A stretch of 64,000 bases of DNA, from the NCBI GenBank assembly GCA_963662545.2, contig CAXXLL010000003.1, positions 2,240,001 to 2,304,000 on the forward strand. Direction: 5' to 3'. The notes below the pieces were generated by a model. It saw only the letters and a list, made by a program, of their open reading frames with translations. It had not been told where the DNA came from and did not search any database. This DNA is from Gammaproteobacteria bacterium. GTDB taxonomy: Bacteria > Pseudomonadota > Gammaproteobacteria > Ga0077536. The translations under genes and the position numbers were made by a program. This document shows, piece after piece, positions 48,756 to 58,609 of the stretch (positions are counted from its first letter, which is position 1; every line of letters begins with the position of its first letter).

Positions 48756-50906
48756 CTAGTCGACCGGCGCAAGCTCGCCCAGAGCATCGATCAAGGGTCC
48801 AAGAAACTTTTCATAACATCGCCAGCGCTCTATCGATGAGGTATAGATCGGTTCGCGCACCTGCGTAACGCTGGCGGTCCGGATAGCGCGCTTGGTCTTA
48901 TGGGGTTCCAGGCAGGCATCGTCCCATTCCAGGCCGCAGTAATCGATCAGTCGCCGTGTCGGTGTTTCATTGTCGGAAACCAGCTCCTCGTAGTGCAGGT
49001 CCAGAAATGCACCCTCGGGGAGAACGCTGCGCCAGTGGTCCATGACCTCAACGTACTTTCGGTAATATGAACCCAGTTCCACCAGATCGTAGGTATGATC
49101 CTGGCCGCTGTGAAACAAGCGATTGAAACAAGACAGGCAGGTATCCAGCGGATTGCGCCGCATATGGATGATCCGCGCATTCGGTAACATCAGGTGAATC
49201 AAGCCAAGCAGCAGGAAGTTCGCCGGCATCTTGTCAGTAATCCTGACCGCATCCGGCGCTCTTTGTCGGAGGCCTTTGATGTAAGACTCGCCCCAGGCCG
49301 CGAGATGTTCGTGATTCAAATCCTTGAAATTGTCGCCAAAGGACACGTCGACCGAATCTGCGCTGGTTGACATCGATCCGATGTTCAGCAGGTCATAAAG
49401 CTCGCCGGCACCGTACACCGCGGGATGGCTGGCGATGATCTGCTCGGTCAGGGTGGTGCCCGAACGCGGCATGCCGAGTATGAAGATGGGGACATCGGAC
49501 GGGTTGTCGTGACCGCTCAGCACCTCGATCCGGGACCGATTCATTTGCGCCATGACATTGTCGAACAAGCGCATCTTTTCTTCATGGTCGTAGCCGTTGC
49601 TCGCACGCTTCGAGCGACAGCCTTGCGCATAATGCTCGAAGGCCTTGTCGTAATCCTTTATATCCTCGTAACACTTTCCGAGCGCGAAGTGCAGGAAGGT
49701 CGTTTTGTCTTCGGGCAGATGCGCAGCGTGCTTCATTTCTTCTACCAGGGCCGCCAGATTATCGTCGCCGGTACGAGTTTTTCTGACCTGGGTGATATAG
49801 AAACGTGACGCCAACGGTTCGCTGCTGACCGCGAGTGAATGGACGAAGAGGTCTTCGGCCTCCGCGAGCCTGCCCGCCTCCATGTAGAGAATGCCCTTGC
49901 CGAGCAGCGCGCTACCGAGCGCCGGGTCGAGCGCCAACGCCTTGTCGAAGCTCTCCACGGACAGGTCGAAGTAACCCATGCGGCTGTGGACCTGCCCCAG
50001 CGTGCTGTGGACTTCGGCCTTTTCCGGAGCGATACGTACGGCGGTCGTGGCCGCCTGCACCGCCTTATCCAGTTCGTTCTTTTCCTGAAAGACGCGCGCC
50101 AGGCCTTGATGAGCCTCGGCGTAATCGGGCCGGAGTTCTATCGCGCGCAGGAACATCGGCTCTGCGAGGTCGAACTGTTCGAGCGCATTTCGGGCGAAGC
50201 CCAGGTTGCAAAGCGCGTCACTGTAATTCGAATTGAGCTGCAGCGCCGCCTCCAGTATGGGTATGGCTTCCGCCGCGCGCTCATCCTGCACCAGCACGGT
50301 ACCGAGATTATTCAGTGGCTCGGTGTAATTCGGATCGGCGACGATGGCCTGCCGGTAATAGTCGATTGCAGCTTTCAGGTCCTTGCGTTCACGACAGATA
50401 CTGCCCAGGTTGTTCAGCGCCGGGGCCAGATCGGGTTTGAGATCCAAGGCTCGCTTTTGGTGTATCTCGGCTGCATCGAAATCCTGCTTGTCGTAGTAGG
50501 CAATGCCCAGATTGCTATGCGCGCCGAAAGAATCAGGGGCCAGGGCGACCGCCCTTTCCCCGTGTTCGATCGCCTCATCCAGGCGGCCGCCTTGACGGCA
50601 CAGCTCGGTGTAGTTGACCAGAAACGGTACGTTCGTCCCGTCACCGGCGATGGCCCTACGGACGCAATCCAGAGCCGTGTCGATCTTGCCGACCTTGTGC
50701 GCGATGATACCCAGCAGGTGCAACGCGTGGGGCTGATTGGGGTGCTTGGCAAGGATTTGCCTGAGTGATACCTCGGCCTGTTGCAGTCGGCCCGCACCCT
50801 GATCACGGTTGGCCCGTTGCAGTGCCTCCGCCAAGCTCATCTGCCCGGGTTGCGTGTGCGCGACGAAGGGTTCTGTGGCCACTGCTTTTCTTGGTTTTTT
50901 CGGCAT
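48756..50906 (-). CDS. TPR-repeat sulfotransferase
   Basis: About 10 TPRs; GMPRSGTTLTEQI, DKMPAN, RNPLDTCLS, RTAS..QVR. Confidence 0.93.
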   Translation of the reverse strand: MPKKPRKAVATEPFVAHTQPGQMSLAEALQRANRDQGAGRLQQAEVSLRQILAKHPNQPHALHLLGIIAHKVGKIDTALDCVRRAIAGDGTNVPFLVNYTELCRQGGRLDEAIEHGERAVALAPDSFGAHSNLGIAYYDKQDFDAAEIHQKRALDLKPDLAPALNNLGSICRERKDLKAAIDYYRQAIVADPNYTEPLNNLGTVLVQDERAAEAIPILEAALQLNSNYSDALCNLGFARNALEQFDLAEPMFLRAIELRPDYAEAHQGLARVFQEKNELDKAVQAATTAVRIAPEKAEVHSTLGQVHSRMGYFDLSVESFDKALALDPALGSALLGKGILYMEAGRLAEAEDLFVHSLAVSSEPLASRFYITQVRKTRTGDDNLAALVEEMKHAAHLPEDKTTFLHFALGKCYEDIKDYDKAFEHYAQGCRSKRASNGYDHEEKMRLFDNVMAQMNRSRIEVLSGHDNPSDVPIFILGMPRSGTTLTEQIIASHPAVYGAGELYDLLNIGSMSTSADSVDVSFGDNFKDLNHEHLAAWGESYIKGLRQRAPDAVRITDKMPANFLLLGLIHLMLPNARIIHMRRNPLDTCLSCFNRLFHSGQDHTYDLVELGSYYRKYVEVMDHWRSVLPEGAFLDLHYEELVSDNETPTRRLIDYCGLEWDDACLEPHKTKRAIRTASVTQVREPIYTSSIERWRCYEKFLGPLIDALGELAPVD

Positions 50907-50936
50907 GGTTCTGCGTCGTCGGCACTCGATTTGAAA

Positions 50937-52614
50937 TCACGAACCGTAGGGCTTGCTATGGTCGCGATAGGCTTCGACCATCGCGAGCAGGGGCGCCAGA
51001 TGCGTTTCGCCAAAACGTTTCCAGCGGGCGAGCGAGCTCGTGTAGATCGGTTGGCGAACCTGAGCCACGCTGGCCGTTTTGACCTTCCTTTCGCTCTTGT
51101 AGAATTCCAGGCAGGCATCGTCCCAGGGCAGACCGATATATTCCAGCATGCGCCGGGCCTCCTTCCCGGTGTCCGCCACGACGTCCTCGTAGCACACATC
51201 GAGGATGGTGCCTGCGGGCAGGACCTCGTGCCAGTGCCGCATCAGCCTGATATAGCGAACGTAAAAACGGCCGATGCATTCGAGATCGTAGGCGAAGCCC
51301 ATGGTCTCGTTGAACAGTTTGGCATAGCAGGAGAAGCACGAATCCATCGGATCGCGCATCGAATGGATGATCCGCGAGTGCGGGAACATCAGGTAGATCA
51401 TACCGATATAGAAAAAGTTGGCGGGGCTCTTGTCGGTGATGTAGCGGTGGTGCGGCGCATGCTGCCAGACGCGATCGAGGTACTCACGGGCCAGGACTTC
51501 GATATCGTCCATGCTCAGCGCAGGAAGCGGGTCGGTAAAGGGACTCCCCGGCGCGGCCCCGGGGGCGCCCATGATCACTTCATTCAGGTCACCCAGTTCG
51601 CCGGCGCCATGCACTGCAGGGTGACTGGCAAGGATCTGCTCGATCAGGGTCGTGCCGGAACGCGGCATGCCGAGGATAAAGATCGGCGTGCGTTCATCTG
51701 CACCTGCTTGTCGCCGTTCGTCAAAGAAACGGGTGTCGAACAAGGCCATGACACGTTCGGCCCGATCGTCGGCCTGCGCTTCATTCTGAGGAATCAGCGC
51801 GTGCTGCTTGCGGTTGCCTTCGACATAGGCTGCGAAAGCACGGTCGTACTGGCCGATGTCCTCGCGCGCCTTGCCCAGCGCGAAATAGTAACGAATGCCC
51901 GTTTCTGAATCCGCCTCCGGTGGATTGGAACTCATCGATTCGAGTGCCGTCAGGTGCGGATCGTTGGGCTCATAGGTCTTGAGCGACGACAAATTGTAGT
52001 GCGCGCTGACGAAGTCGGGCCGGGCTGCGATGGCGGCTTCGAAACAGACAACGGCCTCGTCGAGGCGACCGTCAGCACTGTAAACGGCGCCCAGGTTATT
52101 CTGTGCTTCGGCGTTGGCGGCGACCGTAGGCAGCTTCCGAGCCGGCTTTGTCATCCAGATGCTCGAGAACGGCACCGAGGTTGTTCCACGCCTCCGCGTG
52201 CTCGGGCTTAAGTTCGAGAGCGCGCTCGCAGGATGTTTTGGCCTGCGCGTAATCCTTATTGTCGACGCAAGCGAGACCTAGATTGTAGTGCGCCGTCGCG
52301 TCGTCCGGTTTGAGCTCCGTGGCCAAGCGGCCGGCGGTAATGGCTCGTTCCAGTTGGCCGAGCCGGCGAAACAATTCGCCGATGTTGCGGTGATAGATGG
52401 ATACCTTGCCATCGATTTCGATCGCGCGGGCGATCATATCTGCGGCCAGCGGTAAGTTGTCCGCGCGTAGAGCCATCAGCCCGAGTGCATGATAGGCGGG
52501 ATGAAAGTCGGGCGCCTGGGCCACGATCTGACGGTAGCGCGCTTCTGCTTCCGCCGGCTTTCCGGCGAAGCGCAGCCGATCGGCCGCTGCCATCGCCTGG
52601 GCAGGTGTCATCAT
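50937..52614 (-). pseudogene. TPR-repeat sulfotransferase, frameshifted near 52119
   Basis: Two overlapping ORFs; GMPRSGTT and RDPMD motifs; 34-aa TPR spacing implies about 17 nt missing. Confidence 0.85.
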
Positions 52615-52698
52615 GCGGAACAGGCCTTCAACATTCTCCAAGCCGGGGGCAGATGCTACCCAAATGCAGGGGCGATGTAGAGTTGGCTCGCACGGTCG

Positions 52699-52741
52699 GC
52701 TAGCCCGCCTATTGCATGAAGCGTGCAATAGGCGGGCTAGC
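52699..52741. repeat. Perfect 18-bp hairpin, probably a minimal family E MITE
   Basis: GCTAGCCCGCCTATTGCA-N7-TGCAATAGGCGGGCTAGC; 52700-52721 is 21/22 identical to 881-902. Confidence 0.7.
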
Positions 52742-53023
52742 GGTCCAGCGCGGCGGAATATCGAACAAAATGATTGCGTTAGTTTCGTCGTTCATGCGAC
52801 TATTGCGGGTGGTATTGTGGTGTAAAAGTACAAAACAACAGACGGTTCCAGACGATTCCAGTAGTCTGTTGTTTATACTGAGAAAAATACCACTGACAGA
52901 ACGTGCCGACGGACCAGAACCGAAGAGGGCCGCGGTGTGCGCCAGTCTTAGCAGGGTAGTACTTACGGTATTTACCTTTACAGCGCTTCCGTCGACGGCG
53001 GCATCATCAACAGTGGCACGATC

Positions 53024-55849
53024 ATGTCTGGTAGCGAAGGCATTAGAATACGAAGCGATTCGACGATCGACGGCGGGATGACTAACAGTGGCACGATCAC
53101 GGCTAGTGGAGTAGGCATTAGGCTAAGCGATTCGACGATCAACGGCGGAATGAGCAACAGTGGCACGATCACGGCTGGTAGCGAAGGCATTCGTATAAAG
53201 CGATCGACGATCAGCGGCGGGATGACCAATAGTGGCACGATTACGGCTACTAAAGAAGGCATTTTTATAACCAAATTGACGCTCAACGGTGACTTTACCA
53301 ATAGTGGCACGATCGCGGCTGGTTCCACCGGCATAAGACTAAAAAATTCGACGATCAATGGTGACTTCACCAACAGCGGCACCATCTTCGCGGACGGCGA
53401 AGGCATATACCTCTACGGTACGACCGTCGACGGGTCGTTCATCACCGGCAGCTTGATCGACGCGACCGATGATGCGGTCCATATCCACGACAGCACCATC
53501 GGCGGCGACTTGATCAACAACGGCACAATAATCTCTGATAGCGCCGGCTTCGACATCGATTCATCGTCCCTCATCAAAGGCTCTGTCGTCAACAGCGGCT
53601 TGATAATGGCGGACGAGGAAGGGTTCGATATAAATACTGCGACCATCGAAGGCTCGATCACCAACAGCGGCACAATTATCTCAGATGATGACGACGGCAT
53701 CGAAATCGATGATTCGACGATCAAAGGCTCGCTCGTCAATAGCGGCTTGATAATGGCGGACGACGAAGGGTTCGATATAGATGATACGACCATCGAAGGC
53801 TCGATCACCAACAGCGGCACAATAATCTCCACTGGAGAGGAAGGTATCGATATCGGTTCTTCGACCATCGAAGGCTCGCTCACCAACAGCGGCTTGATAA
53901 GGTCGACCGAAGAAGGTATCGATATCGATGATTCGACCATTAAAGGCTCGCTCATCAACAGCGGCACAATAGACGCCACTAAAGATGACGGCATCACAAT
54001 CAGATCATCGACCATCGAAGGTTCGCTTACCAACAGCGGAACGATCACGGGTACCAAGATTGGCCTCCTTGTGACCAAATCGGAGATCAGCGGCGGGATT
54101 ATCAACAGCGGTACCATCGGTGCCACGATGAGCGAAGCGCTGGTCGTGGACGATATGGATGAGGTCACCACAATCACCAATACCGGCCTGCTCGATGGCG
54201 CTGTCCGGTTCGATGACAATATCCTGAATCTGGCAGGCACCTCAGGACGCATTACCGGCATCGTCACCGGCACCGCAGGTTCGATCGTCAATGTCAGGGG
54301 CACTTTTACGACCGAAGCCGACTTCAATGTCGACAATTTCATCGTCGCGCCCACCGGCTGGCTCCAAGTGGCCAATAACATCACGCCGATGAGCGGGACC
54401 GTCAGCAACCTCGGCGTCCTGGCGGCGAAACCAGGAACCATGGGCACCATCACGGGCGGGTATACGCAGACCGGGGCGGGCGCCCTCGGCGCAGTCCTCA
54501 ATAACTCCAACTACAGCCAGTTGATGGTAACCGGCACGGCCGATCTTTCGGCCAATGACGCGGTCACCGTGTTCGTCAATGCCCTGCTGGTTCCCGGGCA
54601 GGAGTTCGACGACATATTGACGGCGGGCACGCTGACGTCTGGCACCAGCCTGACCACCACCGACGACAGTGTGCTGTGGAAGTTTACCGCGCTGCCGGAT
54701 GGCAACACGGTGGATCTCGTTGCCGCTCGCGATGCGTTCTTGGCGAATCTCGCGAGTCCTTACGCAACCGAAGTCGGCCAGGCGCTCGATGCGCTGCTGG
54801 ATTCCGGCCAGTTCAGTGCGGAAATGCGGACCTTATTGTCCCAGATCGCCGCACTGGACACGGCGGCTGAAGTGACCAACGCGGTCGACCAGCTGGTCTC
54901 GGTACTCGTCGGCCAGGGTGCGTTCGCTGCAGCACAGGCCGTGAACCAGATATCCGCTATCGTGGGTAGTCAGATCGACGGCCAGCGCGGTCTTTCCGCG
55001 GGCGACCCAATGTTCAGGGAAGGGCACTGGTGGATCAAACCGTTCGGAGGATTCGGGGACCACGATGTGCGCAAGGGCGTGCCCGGATTCGATCTGTTCA
55101 GCTACGGCATCGCCGCAGGCGCCGACGTCAAGCCGAACGATAATCTGTTCGTCGGGGCCGCGTTCGCGTGGTCGGAAGCGGAGATCGAAGCCGATACGAT
55201 CAGTCAGAACGAGCTCGACATCCAGACCTATCAGCTCGCCCTCTATGGATCCTACGATCTGGACGCGCGCAACTACATCGATGCGCATGCCATCGTCGGC
55301 TGGAACGACAACGAAAGCCGACGCGACGTGACGATCGGGGCATTTAAGAGCACCGCCAGCGCGGACTACGACAGCTTCTTTACGCGCATCTATGCGGGTT
55401 TGGGGCGCAAGTACGCGGTCAACGATCAGTTCACCGTGAGTCCGGTGATCAACATCCGCTACACCTATATCGACGAAGACGGCTACACCGAGACCGGCGC
55501 CCCGATAGCCCTTGCCGTCGGGAGCAACGACACAGATTCCCTGGTCCTCGGATTGGACGGCGTCGGGCATTACACCTTCGGGCCGGGTAACGCGTACTCC
55601 ATTACCGCACGGGCCGGTGTGGGCTACGATGCGATCACGGACCGTACGCTGGTGTCCTCCAACTTCGTGGCCGGCGGCGGGACTTTCGCGACACGGGATG
55701 CAGAGCCCGACGAGTTCGTGTACCACGCCAGCTTCGGCCTGAACTCGGCCGCCGGCACGACGACATCCGTCAGCATCGAATACGAGTTCGAAGGACGGCA
55801 GGATTTCGACGTGCACGGGTTCTCCGCGACGGTGCGATGGCGGTTCTAG
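53024..55849 (+). CDS. Autotransporter (type Va) with repetitive Ser/Thr/Gly-rich passenger; 5' end apparently missing
   Basis: About 15 repeats GIxIxxSTIxGxxxNSGTI; C-terminal beta-barrel ending TVRWRF; repeat frame continues upstream to an in-frame TAG at 52949 with no signal peptide. Confidence 0.9.
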   Translation: MSGSEGIRIRSDSTIDGGMTNSGTITASGVGIRLSDSTINGGMSNSGTITAGSEGIRIKRSTISGGMTNSGTITATKEGIFITKLTLNGDFTNSGTIAAGSTGIRLKNSTINGDFTNSGTIFADGEGIYLYGTTVDGSFITGSLIDATDDAVHIHDSTIGGDLINNGTIISDSAGFDIDSSSLIKGSVVNSGLIMADEEGFDINTATIEGSITNSGTIISDDDDGIEIDDSTIKGSLVNSGLIMADDEGFDIDDTTIEGSITNSGTIISTGEEGIDIGSSTIEGSLTNSGLIRSTEEGIDIDDSTIKGSLINSGTIDATKDDGITIRSSTIEGSLTNSGTITGTKIGLLVTKSEISGGIINSGTIGATMSEALVVDDMDEVTTITNTGLLDGAVRFDDNILNLAGTSGRITGIVTGTAGSIVNVRGTFTTEADFNVDNFIVAPTGWLQVANNITPMSGTVSNLGVLAAKPGTMGTITGGYTQTGAGALGAVLNNSNYSQLMVTGTADLSANDAVTVFVNALLVPGQEFDDILTAGTLTSGTSLTTTDDSVLWKFTALPDGNTVDLVAARDAFLANLASPYATEVGQALDALLDSGQFSAEMRTLLSQIAALDTAAEVTNAVDQLVSVLVGQGAFAAAQAVNQISAIVGSQIDGQRGLSAGDPMFREGHWWIKPFGGFGDHDVRKGVPGFDLFSYGIAAGADVKPNDNLFVGAAFAWSEAEIEADTISQNELDIQTYQLALYGSYDLDARNYIDAHAIVGWNDNESRRDVTIGAFKSTASADYDSFFTRIYAGLGRKYAVNDQFTVSPVINIRYTYIDEDGYTETGAPIALAVGSNDTDSLVLGLDGVGHYTFGPGNAYSITARAGVGYDAITDRTLVSSNFVAGGGTFATRDAEPDEFVYHASFGLNSAAGTTTSVSIEYEFEGRQDFDVHGFSATVRWRF

Positions 55850-55869
55850 CCGCGGTTTCACACTGACGC

Positions 55870-55898
55870 AAAAAGGGGCGGCTTACCGCCCCTTTTTT
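55870..55898. terminator. Bidirectional Rho-independent terminator
   Basis: AAAAAGGGGCGG-CTTA-CCGCCCCTTTTTT between convergent genes. Confidence 0.85.
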
Positions 55899-55996
55899 GT
55901 AACCATCGGTTGAGCTGCCAGGGCACGCACGTGTCGCGCACCAAGGCGTTTTCGACGGGGACTACAAACGGCCTCGCGGATTCAAGCTTGCGCCGC

Positions 55997-56677
55997 TCAC
56001 TGGGCCCATCCGCCCGATAAAGGAATACCCTGGCCGGCGAAGAAACCGCTTTCGTCACCCGCCAGAAATAAAGCGAAGCAGGCGTCCTCGCGCTGCGTAC
56101 CCAGACGGCCCGCCGGCACCTGCCGTTTGAGCGATTTGACGAAGGATTCTTTGGCCATCAACTCAGGCGGGTAATAGTCTTCGCTCTCCACGTAGTTCTG
56201 CGCAATGAGATTGAACTGGACGTTATGCGCCGCGACTTCCACACCGACAGCCTGAACGTAGCCGAGCTGGGCCGCGCGCGCTGCACTGTAGGCCGCCAGC
56301 GTTTTCATGCCGCGCAGGGCCGAGGCGCTGCCATAAACGACGATCTTCCCGTGGCGGCGTTCGATCATCTGTGGCAGAATGGCGCGCGCGAGCCGATGCA
56401 GCGGGTGCACCATCAGCTCGAACGTAATGTGCCAGTCGGCGTCCGCGAGTTCGGTTGCGGCCGTGCCCGAAAACGTGGGTGACGCCAGATTGGCGATCAG
56501 TACGTCAATATCGCCGGCCTCGGCGACCGCCGCCTCACAGGCGCCCGCCACGCTTAAGTCGCGCGTATCGGCAATCACCGTTGCTCCTTCCTCGGTGAAG
56601 ACCTCCGCGGTGATCGGACCCATAAAATCGTCCGCCTGGGTCAGCAGGACGCGCTTGTTTTTCAATCGGTCCGGCAT
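55997..56677 (-). CDS. Halohydrin dehalogenase (HheD-like, SDR fold)
   Basis: T-X4-F-X-G (TQADDFMG) and S-X12-Y-X3-R catalytic motif; AQNYV. Confidence 0.85.
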   Translation of the reverse strand: MPDRLKNKRVLLTQADDFMGPITAEVFTEEGATVIADTRDLSVAGACEAAVAEAGDIDVLIANLASPTFSGTAATELADADWHITFELMVHPLHRLARAILPQMIERRHGKIVVYGSASALRGMKTLAAYSAARAAQLGYVQAVGVEVAAHNVQFNLIAQNYVESEDYYPPELMAKESFVKSLKRQVPAGRLGTQREDACFALFLAGDESGFFAGQGIPLSGGWAQ

Positions 56678-56710
56678 GGTGTGCTCCTTGTTCAGTGGGG
56701 TTCAGATAGC

Positions 56711-57343
56711 TCAACGGCTCGGAAAATTCGCACTGCGCGCAGCGAGGTAGGCGGGTCGCCGAGTATGCCTCGCGTGGTAAGCCGCCAGGGACTCCGGAAG
56801 TTCCAGCCTGCAGTGCAGCGCCCAGTCGCAACAGGTGCTCAGAAAGATGTCCGCTTTGCTGAGCTGTCTGCCGGCGATGAACTCGCGCTCGTCGTCGAGC
56901 AGTTCAGCGATGACCAATGCCTGGCGTCCAAAATAAGCCCGCGCCGATGCAACGGCCGCCGGTGCTTCGCCGTAAATCGTCGGGAGTTCTTCGTGGCGGC
57001 GCAGTACATAAAGGGCGGTGGCGTCGAGTTCCATGAGTACAAAGCAGCTCCATTGTTCAATGTGCGCGGCGGCGGCGGGACCGGCCGCTTGCGTGCCGAA
57101 CTGCTCGAACAAGTAGTCGGTGATCGCGCCGCTCTCCGTCAGTGACAGCTCGCCGTCCTGAAAAGCGGGAATTTTTCGGCCCGGGCTGACGCGCAGAAAC
57201 GCCGGGTCGTCCATGTCGGCCGTGCGCGCACGCACGGGGTGGCTGATATAGTCCAATCCGAACTCGTGCAGCGCCCAGTAGACACGCATGGTGCGAGCCG
57301 TGCCGATACCCCAGACATGAAACGTCGGTGCGATCCTCGGCAT
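56711..57343 (-). CDS. Glutathione S-transferase family protein
   Basis: PGRKIPAFQDG, LTESGAI, SKADI. Confidence 0.88.
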   Translation of the reverse strand: MPRIAPTFHVWGIGTARTMRVYWALHEFGLDYISHPVRARTADMDDPAFLRVSPGRKIPAFQDGELSLTESGAITDYLFEQFGTQAAGPAAAAHIEQWSCFVLMELDATALYVLRRHEELPTIYGEAPAAVASARAYFGRQALVIAELLDDEREFIAGRQLSKADIFLSTCCDWALHCRLELPESLAAYHARHTRRPAYLAARSANFPSR

Positions 57344-57367
57344 TACGAATGCATAGCGCCAGCCCGT

Positions 57368-58555
57368 TTATGCCGAGCTGATGACGCGTGCGGCCGCCAG
57401 TTCGTGAATCTCCGACGAGGAATACCTGAGTTCGCGCAGCACCTCGGCATTGTGGGCGCCAAGCGCGGGGGCGATCGGCTGGGGATGTTCGGGAGCACCC
57501 TCGAAACGCGCTGCCGCACGGGGCTGGCGCACGCGTCCCAGCACCGGGTGCTCGTATTCCTCGATCAGCTGGTTGTTCCTGACCTGCGCGTGTTCGAGCA
57601 CTTCGGCCCGCATCAGTATGGGGGCGCACGGCACGCCGTAGCCGTCGAGGCGTGCCAGCCAATCCGCGCTGGTGCGGGTTTCAAGCACGCGCGCGGTCTC
57701 TGCGATGCGGACTTTGGCGTTGATGATGCGGGCCGAGGTTGAACTAAAGCGTTCGTCGGTGATCCACTCGGGTCGTTCGAGTGCATCGCACATGCCGCGC
57801 CATTCCTGATCCGACATGGCGCCGGCCGTGATGTATCCGTCTAGCGTTTTAAAAACGAGATCCTGGGCGATCTGCCCCACTTTCAGATCGCGTTCCTGGT
57901 CGATCACGGTCAGGTTGATCATGCCTTCGGGCCAGAGGTAGGCGATCATGGCGTCGAGCATGGCGATCTTCACGTGCTGCCCTTTGCCCCCGCGTTCGCG
58001 CGCAAGCAGCGCCGCCGTAATCGCCTGCGCCGCGGTCAGCGCGGTGGTCTTGTCGGGGATCACGGTGCGCATCATGCATGGCCGACCGGTTTCACTATCA
58101 GCCTGGATATCCGTCAAGCCGGACAGCGCCTGGATAATGGGGTCGTACACACGCTTGTGGGCATAGGGGCCGGTTTCGCCAAAACCGCTGATGGAAACGT
58201 AGACGATATCGGGCGTAATGGCGCGCACAAGATCGTAGCCGAGGCCTAGTTTCTCGATCGCGCCGGGCCGAAAGTTTTGTACGAACACATCGGCTGTCCG
58301 GGCCAGCCGGCGTATGATCTCGAGCCCTTGTTCGCTTCTGAGATCCAATGCCACGGCACGCTTACCGCGATTGATATTCAGAAATCCCGAGGTCATGCCG
58401 TCACGGCCGACGCCCATCTGGCGGGTAATGTCGCCGCCTAGCGGTTCTATCTTAATGACATCGGCGCCCTGATCGGCCAGCAGCATGGTCGCCGCCGGAC
58501 CGGAGAGCACCCGGCTCAGATCAACGATGCGGTAGCCTGTGAGCGGACCTGGCAT
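57368..58555 (-). CDS. CaiB/BaiF family (class III) CoA transferase
   Basis: DLSRVLSGP, GADVIKIE, NRGKR, QNFRPG, SGFGETGP. Confidence 0.93.
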   Translation of the reverse strand: MPGPLTGYRIVDLSRVLSGPAATMLLADQGADVIKIEPLGGDITRQMGVGRDGMTSGFLNINRGKRAVALDLRSEQGLEIIRRLARTADVFVQNFRPGAIEKLGLGYDLVRAITPDIVYVSISGFGETGPYAHKRVYDPIIQALSGLTDIQADSETGRPCMMRTVIPDKTTALTAAQAITAALLARERGGKGQHVKIAMLDAMIAYLWPEGMINLTVIDQERDLKVGQIAQDLVFKTLDGYITAGAMSDQEWRGMCDALERPEWITDERFSSTSARIINAKVRIAETARVLETRTSADWLARLDGYGVPCAPILMRAEVLEHAQVRNNQLIEEYEHPVLGRVRQPRAAARFEGAPEHPQPIAPALGAHNAEVLRELRYSSSEIHELAAARVISSA

Positions 58556-58609
58556 CGACTTGTTATAACGAGTCGCGTCGCCCTCGTCCACGCCATGGAG
58601 TGGACCGTC

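Noticed and set aside
52716-53081. ORF with a signal-peptide-like stretch (KRAAVC...LPSTAA) as the missing autotransporter N-terminus
   Set aside because: Its hydrophobic part is an alternative reading of a genuine passenger repeat, and no slippery run is evident; not fully excluded.
53024-54130. About 72-bp periodic repeats as a CRISPR array
   Set aside because: They are in-frame coding repeats with codon-position variation, no unique spacers and no cas genes.
53413-55861. Long antisense ORFs of 365 and 342 aa
   Set aside because: Shadow frames of the autotransporter caused by codon bias; the same applies to most overlapping ORFs in the track.
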